Shown here: piece by piece, positions 50,172 to 64,000 of the stretch
How positions within the stretch are numbered: the stretch's first letter is position 1
Layout: each line of letters opens with the position of its first letter
Assembly (NCBI RefSeq): GCF_006345805.1
Contig: NC_043006.1
Coordinates: 48,484,001-48,548,000 of the forward strand
Reading direction: 5' to 3'
DNA from: Octopus sinensis
Lineage: Eukaryota
Length of the DNA: 64,000 nt
The notes under the pieces: model-generated
The model's database searches: none
What the model saw: only the letters and a program-made list of their open reading frames with translations
What the model was told of the DNA's origin: nothing
Position numbers and translations under genes: made by a program

Positions 50172-53095
50172 GTAATGTTAATAATTTTTGATCATGATAC
50201 TTGGCTACAGAATTAATGATGGGTACAGGTGCAATCAATCACTGGTACTTATTTTAGCTATCTCGGAAGGATGAAAGCTAGCTTGAGTATTGTTGACCCC
50301 CAGAACATAGGTACATAACTTTAAATATCACAAGACAATTTGCCTGTAACTGATTCCAGTGCTTATTTTATCAGCATCGGCCACTTAGAAAACTCAACAC
50401 AGAACATTAATGTAACGAAAGAGCACAAGGCAGTTTATCCGTCCCTTTAACAAATCCTTTCTACTAATCAGCACAAGGCCTGAAATTTTAGGAGGCGTGG
50501 GGCTAGTAGAATACATCGACCTCCGGATTTGACTAGTACTTAATTTCATCGACCCCGAAAGGATGAAAGGTAAAGTCGACCACGGCAGAATTTGAACTCG
50601 GAACGTAAAACCGGAAGAAATGCCGCTAAACATTTTGTCCGTCGAGCAGATGACTCTGCCATCTCACTACCCTCCAAGATTAATCCTTTCAACAAGACCT
50701 GAGATTTTTTTTAGGGGAATAGGTTAGTCGATGTAATCGACTACAGTACATAACTGGTACTTTATCGATTCCGATACGATGTTGAATTCAGAACGTAAAG
50801 CCGAAAGAAATGCCGCCAAGCGTTTTTGTCCGACGTGCCAACGATTTTACCAACTCGCTACCCTTATTAATAATAAGCACTGCCGTTTCTAACGAAGAAG
50901 GACAGAAATCGACGAAGCTAAAGAATACGCACACCCAGTGTTTAGGTAGGAATCAGGATTAGGGTCTATGTTACGCCGAAAACTGGTGGTGTACGTATTC
51001 TTTACCTCCGCCCAGAAATCTGTTGGTGGTGTGAAGGGTTGCCGATTAAACTGATCTCGCTACATGGGTTATAGTTACATTTTGTCAAGTCCGAAAGATT
51101 AACAGTCAAAGCTGAACTCGGTAGGATTTGAACTCACAACGTAAAGGAAATACCACAAGGCATTTTGTTTGATATTCTAATGACCCTACCAATTCACATC
51201 CTTATTATTATTATTATTATAAATATATAGTTGGCTACAGGGCTTGAACATGCTTGGACGAATACAAAAGCTATCAAAACTGACCAAGATTTGTGTTCGT
51301 TTCGCTTCGCACGACTGTATCATAGTAGCATCGTCATCTCGGCCACAAAGTTTCGTTTAGAATAAAGATAGACAGACAGGTGTAGAGAGCAGGATTCTCC
51401 AATGCACCGTTGTTGCTGTAGACAATGGGAAATGGGTTTTTCCTGTATGCTGAGACATTTACAGTATCTTCCTTGAGTGTATGTGTGTTTGTGAGTGTGA
51501 AAGACACTTACGGATGATTTTTATATCAGAGTTAATTTATTTGAATCAATAATGTGTGTATACACACACTGATCTTTTCTTTTTAACATTGCTATGCACT
51601 AAAGATGTGCAGCACGCACACACACACACAATTCTATCTTATCCCTATGAACTTGCAAGCTTGTAATAATATATATTCGTCATCGTCGTCGTCATGGTAT
51701 ATTATTTACCGTTTAACTAATCAATATAAACATTAAATTACTAGTTTCTGCAGGACACTAATGAACAACTGAAAGTCTACTGAACTAATTGGAAGGGTAA
51801 TTTCATCAACAGAACAATTCAAAGCTCCATTAAAGGGTCTGAACTGAAGCGTTAGTGCGTTGGAAAAAAAATACCTTTTGGCATCCATTCTGTCTGTTTG
51901 TGATTGGGTGTTCAAATTCCGCTGAAGTCAAGTGTGCTTTCGTCTCTGGGACACGGTAAAATAAAGTACTAGTTAAATACGGGGACTGATATTATAATTG
52001 AGTGTTCCGTGTTCCTTCCAATACTCCCAAATTTCTAGCTTCGTGCCTATCTATACAATAAATTGTTGTTCAGGTGAATTTGTATAGTACGGTGGACTGG
52101 GAAAACCGTTAGAACGACGGATTAAATATACCTTGCAGTATATCTTCCGGCTTTTTGTTCTCGGTTCAAATACTGCCGAAGTCCACTTCGGGGTCGATAC
52201 AATGAAGTACCAATCAAGTATTGGGATCGATGATATCGACTAATTCCTCACAGGCAAATAAGCTAAAGAATATCGGGGCTTGTGCCTATGCCGGAAGCAT
52301 TATTAGTATTTGCGGGGCAGTAACAATAAAAATTTTTTTTTTTCTATATAGGCACAAGGCTTGAAATTTGGCGGGGAAGGGATAGCTGATTACATACATC
52401 GACCCCAGAACTTACCTGGTGCTTATTTTATCGACCCCGAAATGATATGAAAGGCAATGTCTCATAATAATAATAATAATGCTTTCAAATAATAGCAATA
52501 TTGTTATTCTTTACGTTCTGATTTCGTCGTAATTAATTTTACCTTGTCATCTTTTCGGGGCCGCTAAAATAGAATATTAGTCTAGTACTGGAGTGGAACT
52601 GTGGGAAGATCAATAATATCGACTAAACTTCTCGTCAAAATCGCTGGTCTTCTGTCGAAATCAGCATTATGAGCAAGCAGGGCGACGCGTTAAAGCATCG
52701 GCGAAATTATCTTGCGATAATTTTTTTTCGGTGTTTTATGTTCTAAGTTCAAATCCCGTCGAGATCAGTGTTGCTTTTCGTCCTTCCCGGAATCGATAAA
52801 ATAAAATTCTAATCGAGTACTGGCATCAGCGGTGTCGTGTAGCCCTCTCCTTAGCAAAAGAAAAAAAAAAAAAAAAGGCTCGCGTGCGAGGTTGCTGCTA
52901 GTCTTGTGCCTAAATTACGAACGATTATTAGCTGTCCCCTTATCTGATACCCCTGTAACCTAATAAAAGAAATAATTGTTATGTGATAATGACGGTGGAT
53001 CATTACATCTAAATAATACCTGTCGTGTGTTTTTTGACCTAGGATAGTGAGCTTTTTTTCTTTTTGTTTTGTTCTTCCTTCTACTGGACAACTGG

Positions 53096-53412
53096 AGACA
53101 GTAAACGGTGAAGCGCTGTACCTAAATGAATTTTGCTGTCTTTCATTTCGTGAATCCCAATCCGGCCCCCGGCTCTACTGCTTCTTTATTTCGTAAGAGT
53201 TTGATAAAATACTGAAGTTGATTAAATCGACTACCGTCATTGTTACTTTATTGGAAAAAAAAAAAGTAAGCGCAGCGAGCTGGCTGGCAGAATCGTCGGG
53301 AAAAAAGTACCTCGTAGTTTTTTTTTTCTGCGTTCGAGTTCCACCTAGGTTCTTAATTCTTTGCTCTTCATTTCACCGGGATCGTCAAAATAAAGTGCCA
53401 ACAGTGAAATAT
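53096..53412 (+). repeat. Diverged direct repeat; second copy at 61161-61438
   Basis: Both run AGACAGTAAACGG.GAAGCGCTGTA..AAATGAATTTTGCTGTC.. to ..CATTTCACCGGGATCGTCAAAATAAAGTGCCAACAGTGAAATAT. Confidence 0.88.
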
Positions 53413-54442
53413 TTTATCGACTAAGCTCCTTTTCTCTAACTTTAGGCATTATTATTATTAAGACATCAAGCTGGTAGAATCGTTAGCTCGCCGGGCGAAA
53501 TGCTTAGCAGTATTTCGTCTGCTGCTATGTTCTGAGTTCAAATTCCGCCGAAGTCGACTTTTCCTTTCATCCTTTCGGGGTCGATTAAATAAGTACCAGT
53601 TTAGCCCCTTGTGGGTAGTAAAGAAATGGGTATTTCGACTGTCCTTGTGTTCTGAGTTCGAATTCTGCCATGTCGATTTCGCCTTTCATCCTTTCGGGGT
53701 CGATGTAAACCAGTTGAGGCACTGGGGGTCGTTGTAAACGACTAGCCCTCTCCCACCCCACCCACCCCAAAATTCCAGGCCTCGTGCAAATTATAAAAAG
53801 GATTGATTTTGCTATTATTTGGCAGATTAATTAAAATTTTAGGGTGATATTTGTATGGTCAGTCTCCCCGCCTTCAGTTTAAAAAAAAATTTTTTCAATA
53901 TTCCTGTATTCCATAAAACAAAAAAAATTTTTTTTTTTTTTTTTTTTTTAAATTTAGATTTTTTTGCTTCATCCTACAGGTAACATTCTTGGGTAGATGG
54001 ATAAAAATCAATTACAAAGCCTGTTTTATCTTCTGCATATGATCAAAGATTCTGACTAAATATGAGCATTAAATCTATTCAGTTATTAAAAAACTTTCAA
54101 ACGGTAACTCGATTAAAAGTGTATATATAAATCGATAGATGATAAATAGATATGTTATATAATACTTATACATCTGCATGGTTGTATAGATTTAATTATG
54201 CACGAGTAAGATTGGTTACGGGACGGGCGCCTGTACGATCATGTACGAAAGTTAAGTGTTAGGTGGTACGGTCCAGTGTATACGGCGGGCCAAACGTCTA
54301 AACGGATGCGGTCCTGCCAGAACTTTTAGCACTGGTGATAGATGACTGAAGGTTTCTCCTAGAAATATGGATATACTACCAGACACATAAGCACGATAGG
54401 GAGATATAATTAGCTCGAAATTAATTGCTTTTGTTTAATTGC

Positions 54443-54747
54443 TAGGCGCAGACGTAACTGTGAGGTTTAGAAGCTCGCTTTTCAACCGCATGATTTCGGG
54501 TTCAATCGCGCAGCAACTTGAGCAAGGGTCTTTCATATCACCGGATCGACCTTGTGTGTGAATTCGGTTGACGGAAACTGTGTGGAAGCCCATCGTGTTT
54601 GTACATATATGTGTGTTTACCTACTCACCGTTTAACAACCGTTGGTCCGTTTACGTCCCTGTCACTTAGCAGTTCGACAAAAGAGGCCGATAGAATAAGT
54701 ACCATACTTAAGAATAAGTCCCGGGGTCGATTTGTTTGACTAAAACT
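54443..54747 (+). mobile_element. Old CORE-type SINE family A
   Basis: Decayed head, GCAAGGGTCTT, GGAAACTG..GAAGCCC and GAATAAGTC..GGGGTCGATTTG motifs. Confidence 0.75.
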
Positions 54748-56043
54748 TTTCAAAAAGTAAAAGATAAAACTGAGAAAGTCCACGCCCGTGATCCCTTTCG
54801 GTACTACCAAGATCAAGCCAGAAAACTCCAGTAAAGATGTTTTAAGTGCGAAGTGATTATGGTGTAAAACAAGACGATAGTTTAAATCTTATTTCAAAAC
54901 AAACGTGACGATTCTTCTGATAATTTTCTGAATTTTATTCATAAGGCTATGACAAGAAACAAAAGAAAATAAAAAAAAAACAAAAAACATTTGCCCAAAT
55001 TAATGCATGGAAGGATCGAACTTGATACCACAGAGTTGCAAAGCTGAAGTCTTTATTGCACTGCCAAGTCTGCATTCCTCATTGCTACCACCAACTGGGC
55101 GTTGGCTGCAGGTGTCGCTTGACTTGGTCAGTGGAAGTTACATCCGAACGCATGCTAGAGAGAGAGAGAGAAAGAAAGAAAGACTGGCTGCGTGAAACAT
55201 GTTTAACTGTCTCTTCTCTTCTGTCTATCCTATTTAAAGATCCCATCAAGTTGGGATTGAAGAAGATGAATCTTAAGTAACCAGTTGTCCTTTTGTCTTC
55301 AGGTTAGCCCCATAAGCTGGAATCCATTTGCTGATTGGTCTACACACCTATGAGCAAATGCGTTCCATTTATGACTAACCCGTCGTAATTGCAACACCTT
55401 CCTTTCACATACGACGGGTTAGTCATAACTAAAACACCTTCATTCACAGTTCTGCACACACACACACTCATATATACACACACACTGTATCTTTCTCATT
55501 TTAAAGTCAATAGGCTGTGATTGAATGAGATTTGATTTCACTACTATTTCTAGCGTGTATAGTGATCACTCGTTGGCTCAGTACATTTGCTAAATTTGAA
55601 CCGTTTAAATGATGACCCCACCCCCCCTTACTTTTTGCGCTCATTTATACATGCCGGGCTCCCTTTTTTTCTTTTTCATCGTCCCCGGGACGCTTTATTA
55701 CTTCATTGAACTGTCCCTTTCTGCATAATTTAGTCAACACAGCTTTACTATACAGCTACTACTGTTTTAGTATTGCGTGTGTGCTCGAGAGAGCTTGCGC
55801 ACGGAGAACTGCACACAGACACACACCACTTATGCTAGTGTGTGTGTGTGTGTATGGTTTTTTGTTGTTGTTGTTTTTAATGTAGATATCAGAGACGGAG
55901 AGATACAGAAATGGGAGTCCACAGCATTCATACCTTTCTGTATGACATAAAGCGATGTAAATTAACCAATTCCGTTTTGTGGTCGAATCTGGACGATGGA
56001 ACTTCACGCCAAAGTTTGCCATACCCAGACTTGCACAATGAAT

Positions 56044-56075
<32 letters not shown>

Positions 56076-56260
56076 CAGTTGTGTGTTCAGAAGCCATTGG
56101 GTAGCTGGTTCATCGCTAAAAATCCTTTGGCTTCATATAAAGTGGAGAAACTCAAGCAGGATTAGACCCCCCAGGACTTTTAGATTATTGCCAAGCTCGA
56201 GTACATTGTATAATTCTCAACTGTCGTCCGGCTATTTATATTTATGTTTAGTACACAGGG

Positions 56261-56416
56261 CAGTGGTTCCCAACCTGGGCTCCATGGACCCATAGTGGTC
56301 CTCAAAGGTAGTACTGCAGGTCCGTGAACTAAATTCAAAATTTCGTATAAGGATAAGCGTATTAAAAAGGAGTCCGTGGGAAATTTTATTTAAATAAAAG
56401 TGGTTGGGAACCACTG
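56261..56416. mobile_element. hAT (Charlie-like) MITE, 156 bp
   Basis: Perfect 15-bp TIRs CAGTGGTTCCCAACC / GGTTGGGAACCACTG; 8-bp TSD ACACAGGG / ACATAGGG (7/8). Confidence 0.92.
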
Positions 56417-59079
56417 ACATAGGGCAACAGATAAATAAGCGTTTTGTGTCGTTCCTACCATATTGATATAGGAAAAGAATGAACGCCGTAAACCCTTCCT
56501 CTTTTTCTTTTTACGCTCTTTCAGTAAGGTCTTTGTTTATCGAGCAACGTCCTGTGTATTTTCATTAAAACCTATTGATGTCTAGACTAGAATAGGCCGT
56601 TATGAAGTGCCTCAATGCGGGACGGCACATCAACGAGCAAGTTCATTTGGAATGACAGCGGGCGGCCAAATTAAACGCATCTATAAAGGCGCAGCAACGC
56701 ACACAAAGACTGGCATACAGTGTGGAGGAGACGGTATGGATGCGTTTGAGGCCTATCCTATATTCCTCCAGAGAAATACATTCCTCGGATGGTAATGATA
56801 ATAACACATGTTAACAAAGAAAAGATGCGCACACAGTCACAAAATTGTCCCGTCTCTCGCTGATTAAATCCGTTCGTTGTTTCTCATCCATGTCGGCTGT
56901 CTTTACCAAAACACAACGGGTTGTGTTTATTAAGATAAAGGGAACGGCGAAGAGGAAGATGTAATTGTGTGAAGGGCATGTTTCTGCTTTCACCCACCCC
57001 TCGAGAAACAACTCTGAATTATAATCGAAACCGTTTTCGCAGGCTCGGTACGCTGGAAATTTACTTTCATTCGTGGGTACCCGTAGTAGAATCAGAAGAG
57101 TGCGTCTAATTCGTCTTGGTCTAACATCTTTCTGGGGTTAGTTTATGTAACCGATAGTCAAATCCTGGGGTCGATATAAATGACTATCCAGTCTCACCAT
57201 GAATATTGTGTTCTTATATAAAAGAAAATTGGCCTCAAACTAAAGCTAGAACTTCAAAGATAGATTTCCTTTAATTGTGTACGTGTATATGTATTAAACT
57301 TTTGGTAAGCGTCTTGCACAAAACTAACCGCTTTTAGTCACTTGTATACTCCAGTACTAATAACTGTAAACGTTCTGTTACGTATTGAGTTCGTTTTCTC
57401 TCTCTTTGTGAAAGGAAATAACCTTTATAGAACTAGTGCTGTTAAATTTGTTGAGAAATCGTCAGAGGTAGTTCAGTACAAGTAACTTCTCTTTGAAAGA
57501 CATTAATATACCCTTATTTTAATTGAGTTTGCGTCTGTTTCTAATGGAATCCCAAACGCACATACATGCACTCACATCAACTTTCGTAAGATTCGAATGG
57601 AAAATAGTCGATATTGAATAATGTCTTCCAAAAAATTAATCCATTCGTTTATTTTTAAGATTCTATAGAACCAGTGCTTCGTTCTACCTTCTGTAGAGTT
57701 ATGCATTTGAAAAATATGAAGCTTTTTTTTCGGATAGAACGTCGGGGAATTGAACCGGAGACTGTACTGTTACAGACAACGCTTGTCAAATCGTCACTAC
57801 AACCACTGTAGCGAACTCGGCTACAGAGAACGCTCAGTTTTTTTTTTCCTCCACTTTATTGCTGTCGGAAGGGTGAGGCAAAGTCGAGTCTAGCGAGATT
57901 TGAACTCAGAACGTAAACAGATATAATTAAGTGTCCAAGGGGCCATCTTTGCTTTTTATCCTTCCTGAATCAATAAAATAAACTACGAGGGTTGCGTTAA
58001 TCGACTAAACTCATCCTCTAAAATGTTTACCATAGCTTTGTGCCTGTCTTTTTCTGCTCTCTGCAGCTCTTAATGATTTCTCACTGAGACACAGCAAATA
58101 TAACCAACGATCTGGAGTAGAATAGACGAGATTAGGCCAACCTCTCTTCTCTTCTATGCTTGACCGGGACTTCTGTTCAAACCTGTGGATATGAAAAACA
58201 GCCGACCTGGGCTAAAGCTGAACTTGTATACAATAAAAAAAAAACACATTTGATTATGCCCTCCTATATCTGACTGTAAAAAGAAAAATATCTCTGTCTC
58301 AGCGGCATCTAATGTTTTCAATCGCTTTTTATAACTTTCTGGGTTTTTGTGTAATTAATAAATCTATTCATTAGACAGTGTTATATATAAGTTGTCGATA
58401 GCAACACACACACCTGAAGTTGTTGAGAAACACGTTGGTTGGAGCACTTTAGTTTTTTTTTCCTTTATTATTATTATTATTCTTCAGAGTGTTGGCAAGA
58501 GATATAACTATGGTGCGTGGGAAAGAGTTTCTGTTGTTATTTTGTCGTACCCTTGTTTCATTTCAGTACGGGCCTTTACGTATTCGATGTCCTACCCGGC
58601 TCTTTTTTTCCTCCACTAACGATGTGTGTGTGTGTGTATATATACATACCCACACATTTTCTTCCAGCATTTTTTTTCTGCATTGTTGACCATGCACACA
58701 AACACACAGTAAAAAAACGTATATTGAGAACAAGGTATCCACATATCAACACATAAGGCAAACACACACACATCAGCACACACTCGCACCAACACAGACA
58801 CTTGTGCTCACACACTGCTGTTGCTTCTGTTACTACACATATAAGATTGGGTCTTTTGAATTCGATTCTTCTACGATGAACACCACCAAAACTAGTTTAT
58901 ATCTGGCTTTCTAAACCGTCACTCGCAAGCTAGTTTGACCGGCTAGCATATGTACCACACTTTCGCTTCTTGTTTTATGGAGTCGTGGCCCTCCGATCCT
59001 TGACCCCAGTGGAATGAACATCGAGGATGTGTGACAGCTTAGCGAAGGAGAAAGGGCTTCACCAGTACTGCGCTGCTAC

Positions 59080-59205
59080 TGATTTTCAGCAGTGCAGACT
59101 GGAACAACATTAAGCGAAGTGCCTTGCTTTCTCGGTCCAGGAACCGAACCCACGACTTTGTAGTCATGAGCCAAACAACACCATAACCACTTGGCCGCGC
59201 ACATT
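59080..59205 (-). mobile_element. Decayed V-SINE-like head and body
   Basis: Minus GCGCGGCCAAGTGGTTATGG..GTGGGTTCGGTTCCTGGACC..GCAAGGCACTT..TGTTGTTCCAGTC. Confidence 0.6.
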
Positions 59206-59760
59206 CATAATGGAGGAAAAACATTTGGCATGAAAAGTGTCAACTCCCTCCACTCTCTCACACACGCACACTTATACCTTTAATATATTTGGTAATGGAA
59301 TAACTATGTTCAATTGTATTTGTGACCGTAAATATATTTCTGATCTGTGCATTATTCACATTTTCTCTTTCTCTGTTTTATATATATATTGTTTATTCTG
59401 TTAATGTTTGTTGTTATTTTAAAAGCATCTATTGAAATACGCTTTCTTTTTTTTTATGACTCAAAGAATTACTCGATATATTTTGTAGAATTAATCCCAT
59501 GAATATAATTGTAAGCTGAAAACTTCACTCACAGCTACTCTGAGTTTGCGCAGTAGCGGTTAGTGAAGTTTTCAACCGACACGTGAATGAATGATACTAT
59601 AGTCATCTGATTGATTTTATATTATTACTAATGATTTTATTTCTTTAAAATCAATTCAGTCAGCTATAAATAGCTTGTCGTTAGTCATTTTCTGAGGAAT
59701 TTTCACGCCGGTCAGCTTAACTGCTTCATCGATCGAACCAAAACGAAGCAGCCACTACGT

Positions 59761-59908
59761 CAGTCTTTGGACAATCTGGGGCTCGCGGGACTTTCTCAGC
59801 GGCACCGTCCAACGAAAAATTATCTTGAATTTTTTAGTAGTGTGGCCCGCTTGTTGATGAACCGTGTCTCATGTGGCTCGTTTCTCCAAATAAGGTTGCC
59901 CATGCCTG
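59761..59908. mobile_element. Old hAT MITE (~148 bp)
   Basis: Right end AAGGTTGCCCATGCCTG; degenerate left end CAGTCTTTGGACAATCTGGGGCTCGCGGG; flanks CACTACGT / CTCTACGC (6/8). Confidence 0.45.
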
Positions 59909-61467
59909 CTCTACGCGGTCGCTGAGTCTGTTAGAAATGGCAGCTAGATCTCCCTCAAATAATACACAATACTTGAAAAGAAAAACAAGAAAAAGATAAG
60001 AATGGTTACATTTTCAACGCCTTTAATCAGAATTTCCTTTTCAGTCAGGGTTGACCTGGGGTTAAACATCAACAATTTCCTATCAAATGAATGACCACTC
60101 AACTGTCCATTATCTCTCTCTATCTCCCTCTCTTTCTCTCACACACACATATACACAGTTGAAGTTGATATCGTTATCTGAAGTGAACGACCAGCGGTAT
60201 ATCATTGATTTCTTGTTAGGGCTTTACGGTACATGTTTGTTGTGGGGAGAAGAAGGGATATGTGTAGTCGATTGACTTCGACCTCAGTTAGATACCTGGA
60301 CTAGTGTTTCGACTGCCAGAGGGATGAAGAGAGATGTTGGTCTCCGATGGGATAAGGCATTCTTTCATTCAGTCACTCTGGTACATATGCCTTTTTCTGC
60401 CACTCCACCATCGTCTTATGGAGCCGACGCAGACTTCCACCACCACTTTTTAGTGGAAAATTGGTTCACTCATGGGACAGAATATCTTGTCATGCTTCGG
60501 CTCTCTACGTTCTGATTTCAAATAACGCCGATGTTAATTTTACCTTCCATATTTTTTTTTATTTTTCGGGATTACAATCCAGAGCAAGTTGATAAGCGGA
60601 ATTATTAGAACATGTATCGGAATAAGATATCTTGTGATATTTGTTCCGGTTTGTTTGTGTCTTTGGATACAAAACTTAACTTGTTGCCTAGTTTAGATTA
60701 ATCACCTGGTAACTGGGTACAATCTGCGGAGTCCATTCTGTTGCAAGTATTTGGACCAGGTGTGTCTAGAAAAAGTTAACTAGAAAGACTGTACGATAGT
60801 TTGTTTCTTCAAAGATGGAATAAGTGTGCCATTCGTTTTCCGGTCAAGTCGGAAAATGTTAGGATATTTAGAAACTCGGGTGGGTTTTTTTTTCTCATTA
60901 ATTCATTATATTGGTGCATATATACAGTGTTGTCTTAAAATGAATAAATAATAATAAATCTGAAGTTGGAGATTTTGCTGTCATCGATAACTAACCGGAT
61001 TTATATTTAAAAAGCGCTCAGTAAAAGTAATATTTTTGCTCCAGGTTAGCATAGAAACGCCATAGAAGACTTCATTATCGAACACGTCTTTCATTTTAAA
61101 AACGGTACAATTTAAGAAGAGATTAGGCTGCTATTTCTAGAAAGTTGATCGACCATGTAGAGACAGTAAACGGCGAAGCGCTGTATTTAAATGAATTTTG
61201 CTGTCCTTCGTTTCGGGAATCCCAGTTCGCCCCCCACCCCGGTTCTGCTACTTCTTTATTTCGTAGGAGTTTGATAAAATCGACTACCATCATTGTTATT
61301 TTATAAACAAAAAAGAAAGAAAATGAGGCGCAGCGTGCTGGTTGGCAGAATCGTCGGGAAAAAAAAAGTTGTACGTTCTGAGTTCGAGTTTCGCCATTTC
61401 ACCGGGATCGTCAAAATAAAGTGCCAACAGTGAAATATGAGCTCCCTTCGTTATAGACTAGCTCCTG

Positions 61468-61608
61468 GTTCTAATTTTATCGACCCCGAAAGGATAAAAG
61501 AGGCAAAGTCGACCTCGGCGGAATTTGAACTCTGAAGGTAACGGGCAGACAAAATACGGCTACGCATTTCACCCGGCGTGCTAACGATTCTGCCAGCTCG
61601 CCGCCTTA
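61468..61608 (-). mobile_element. Family B SINE
   Basis: Plus strand ATCGACCCCGAAAGGAT..GGAATTTGAACTC..GCTAACGATTCTGCCAGCTCGCCGCC. Confidence 0.85.
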
Positions 61609-64000
61609 ACGACAATAACAATAATTTATTAGTTACATGATGTGCATATTAGAGTACTTTCTATAGTATTTACTAATTGTATGTGTGTGTATTTTAGCAG
61701 GAGTATAATCACAGCAGCTGTTAAGAGTAGTTGTTATATTAGTATCTTTTGTATTCATATTGCACAATGGCGGTAGGTAATCTCCAACAGAGATAGGGGC
61801 AAGGCAAACCAGTTAACATGGTTCTACAAGTTTGAGGCTGAAAAATTAGAACAGAGACAGGGACAAGACAGACCAAATTAGTATGGTCCTACAATTTTGT
61901 TTTCAGGCAAATAAGAACAGAGTTAGTGTCAAGGCAGACCAAACACGTTTTCAACACTCACAAACAAACAGTATGGATTTTCCGAAACTTTACTTTGTAA
62001 TTCTAAAACGTCCGCGGTGCATAGTCTCAAGACAATTACCGTACTGTTTCTTAAAAGCAAGAACACAATGTTGGAAAAACATAATCTGTCGGTTTGCACA
62101 TTAAGGGCTGACCTGAGTATATAAACAACAACAACGCTAGTATTACTGTTGTTTCTACTATCTAGCTGTATCTATGTTTCAGTGTAGATATACGACGAAC
62201 CATCTGCAACTTGATTTGATAATCCGATACCCCTAACAAAACATGTGCAGAACTGGAAACATGATAGTGTGAAGTGTAGGTCCTTATTCAGTCCGTTAAG
62301 TGTTTTAGTAATCAGTGGTGATGCATGTATTATTTATGCGGAAGTTGCGTACATGATAAAACTGCCATGTTGTTACATGACAGTTTAAACAGCTTAAAAA
62401 TTTCGGACGATTTATGATAAAGAGTAATTCTTTACCAAAGAGTCGGACCTCCCTTTGCCTGCCTCTAATTGAAAGAGTAGACTGTTTCAAAATTGTTGGC
62501 CCGTGATAATTGTTCCACTTGTTTCTTACCGCCTTTGCTGTGGCCTGTTGTCACGATTGTGCAATATGAGTATAAGCGTCCAGTAGAAAGGATATCATCA
62601 TATATGCTGCTGTGATTGCGCTCCTGCTGAAACGCACACACACGTCTCTCTCTCTCTCTCTTCACACACTCACAGATTCTCTATACATACAGTAGAATAC
62701 GCGGTATTCGTATAAAATAGAGCCGGAAATTATCAAGTGTACCAAAACCGTAATTTTTTCGAAGTTGTAGATTACAAATCTGAAAATAAAAATTGAGGCA
62801 GTTGTCCATCATCCTTGTTTTCTATAAAATTTCGTAAACGTTGGGTAGGGAATCTCCCGTTCCCCGCTTCATAATCTACGATACTTAAAGCATGTAGATC
62901 CAAAGGAATAAGTTTTAGAAGGTAATTCCCGACTCTATTGTCTACTGAAAACGCTCTCTTCCGCACATTAGCACAAAAAAGTCTGGCCGTGCTTAAACTT
63001 TTTTTATGACATAGATGAGGAAAAACTATGCCCCATAACACTTTCCAAGGTCTTTGTGACTCGTAGAATGAAGTAAGGAGTGGAAGTTTGACCCTCAATG
63101 CGTATTTTCAGCCAAATGGACTCCATTAAAACACACTTTGGTAGAAAATTTACCTTTTATCACAAAGGGCTTGGATGGTGGTGGTTGATCAGACGACAGA
63201 TGAAGGCCGGTGCTCATCGCACGCGCTTTCACACATGCGATGAGCTATACACCGCACGTTAAGATATGCCTTTGTATTGTTGTTTAGCCCCGGGTCAGTC
63301 CTGAGAGTGTAGACTTGTCATCAAAGAGATTTCGGCTATGACCATAACGCCTTTCCCTTTTGTACAGAACCACATTGTCCGTGTAAAATGTGTGACTCGA
63401 GGGAAATTTGGCTTCTATTTCCAGCAGGGTCAACGATTATGTACCTACTTCCTAGTTGGCTCAATGTGTATGCGTGCAGGTGTAAAGGCATATACATACA
63501 TAGATACAGGCACGTCATGCATTGTGCATGGAAATGCTTCTTCACGTGTTCCGCTAACTGAACACCATCACTTCTATCTATCTATCTATCTATCTCTACA
63601 CATACGCGCGCGCATATCCAAATATGGGCTGTTGTTGGTCGGTCCTAAAGGAGCAGACGTTTGTGCAAGCGTAGAAAAAAAGAAGATCGTTTCTTCGATG
63701 GATGATAAATGATTTGTTTATTTCTTTAAAACTAAAGCGTTGTCCCAACAATCTATTGCTTCCTTCTTTCTTTCCATTACAATTTCGACAATGCATTTCC
63801 CATGCCTTACACACAAAACAATGGCCTATTTGATATTTATCACTCTTTTCGATGTGTATGTATGTATGTACCGTCCTTTCTAGTCTATTCCGCTGATAAG
63901 TATCCATTTCTTTCTCACACACACACACATATATATTTTTAATCTACCAGTTTCATTCGTTGGACTGCGAGCGACTTTGTTGGGACACCGCCTCGAAGGA

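Larger units (their letters stand above)
48950..53800. mobile_element. Dense cluster of old, decayed family B SINEs (>12 copies, both strands), ending in a dimer at ~53466-53800
   Basis: Repeated GAACTCAGAAC/GAGTTCAAAT, GGGGTCGAT/ATCGACCCC and CACAAGGCC motifs with heavy divergence. Confidence 0.8.

Noticed and set aside
57735-57830. tRNA-Asp/His-like sequence on minus (GGTTCAATTCCCCGACG)
   Set aside because: Only a B-box/T-arm resemblance; no cloverleaf could be built.
62772-63098. 108-aa minus-strand ORF
   Set aside because: No recognisable domain, GTG/TTG-type start and no splice support; could be chance or a TE relic.

Overview
Eukaryotic, AT-rich, almost entirely non-coding DNA, most likely from an octopus. 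That assignment is inference: the SINE architectures resemble the Octopus OR/OK-type tRNA-SINEs. The window holds dozens of tRNA-derived SINE copies from at least five families, very long compound microsatellites and a 100-N gap (30899-30998). It also holds a 601-bp internally deleted mariner with TIRs and TA TSD, mariner and hAT MITEs, and a 3'-truncated ORF1-like LINE fragment. Almost all ORFs in the track are microsatellite or SINE artefacts. The best host-gene candidate is a signal-peptide-like first coding exon at 46482-46599 (+). It sits in a ~4.5 kb SINE-free island that also has a CT-rich, Inr-bearing promoter-like region. The most notable pattern is a set of short repeats carrying minimal type-I hammerhead-ribozyme motifs of the Penelope/retrozyme kind. 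The three best-preserved copies are each about one lesion from canonical, and the tails of several copies run into (AT)n tracts. Other notable patterns are a recurrent dimeric SINE with a fixed junction, a chimeric SINE, and local duplications, one of which looks like a long-read assembly artefact. No complete, confidently nameable gene is present.
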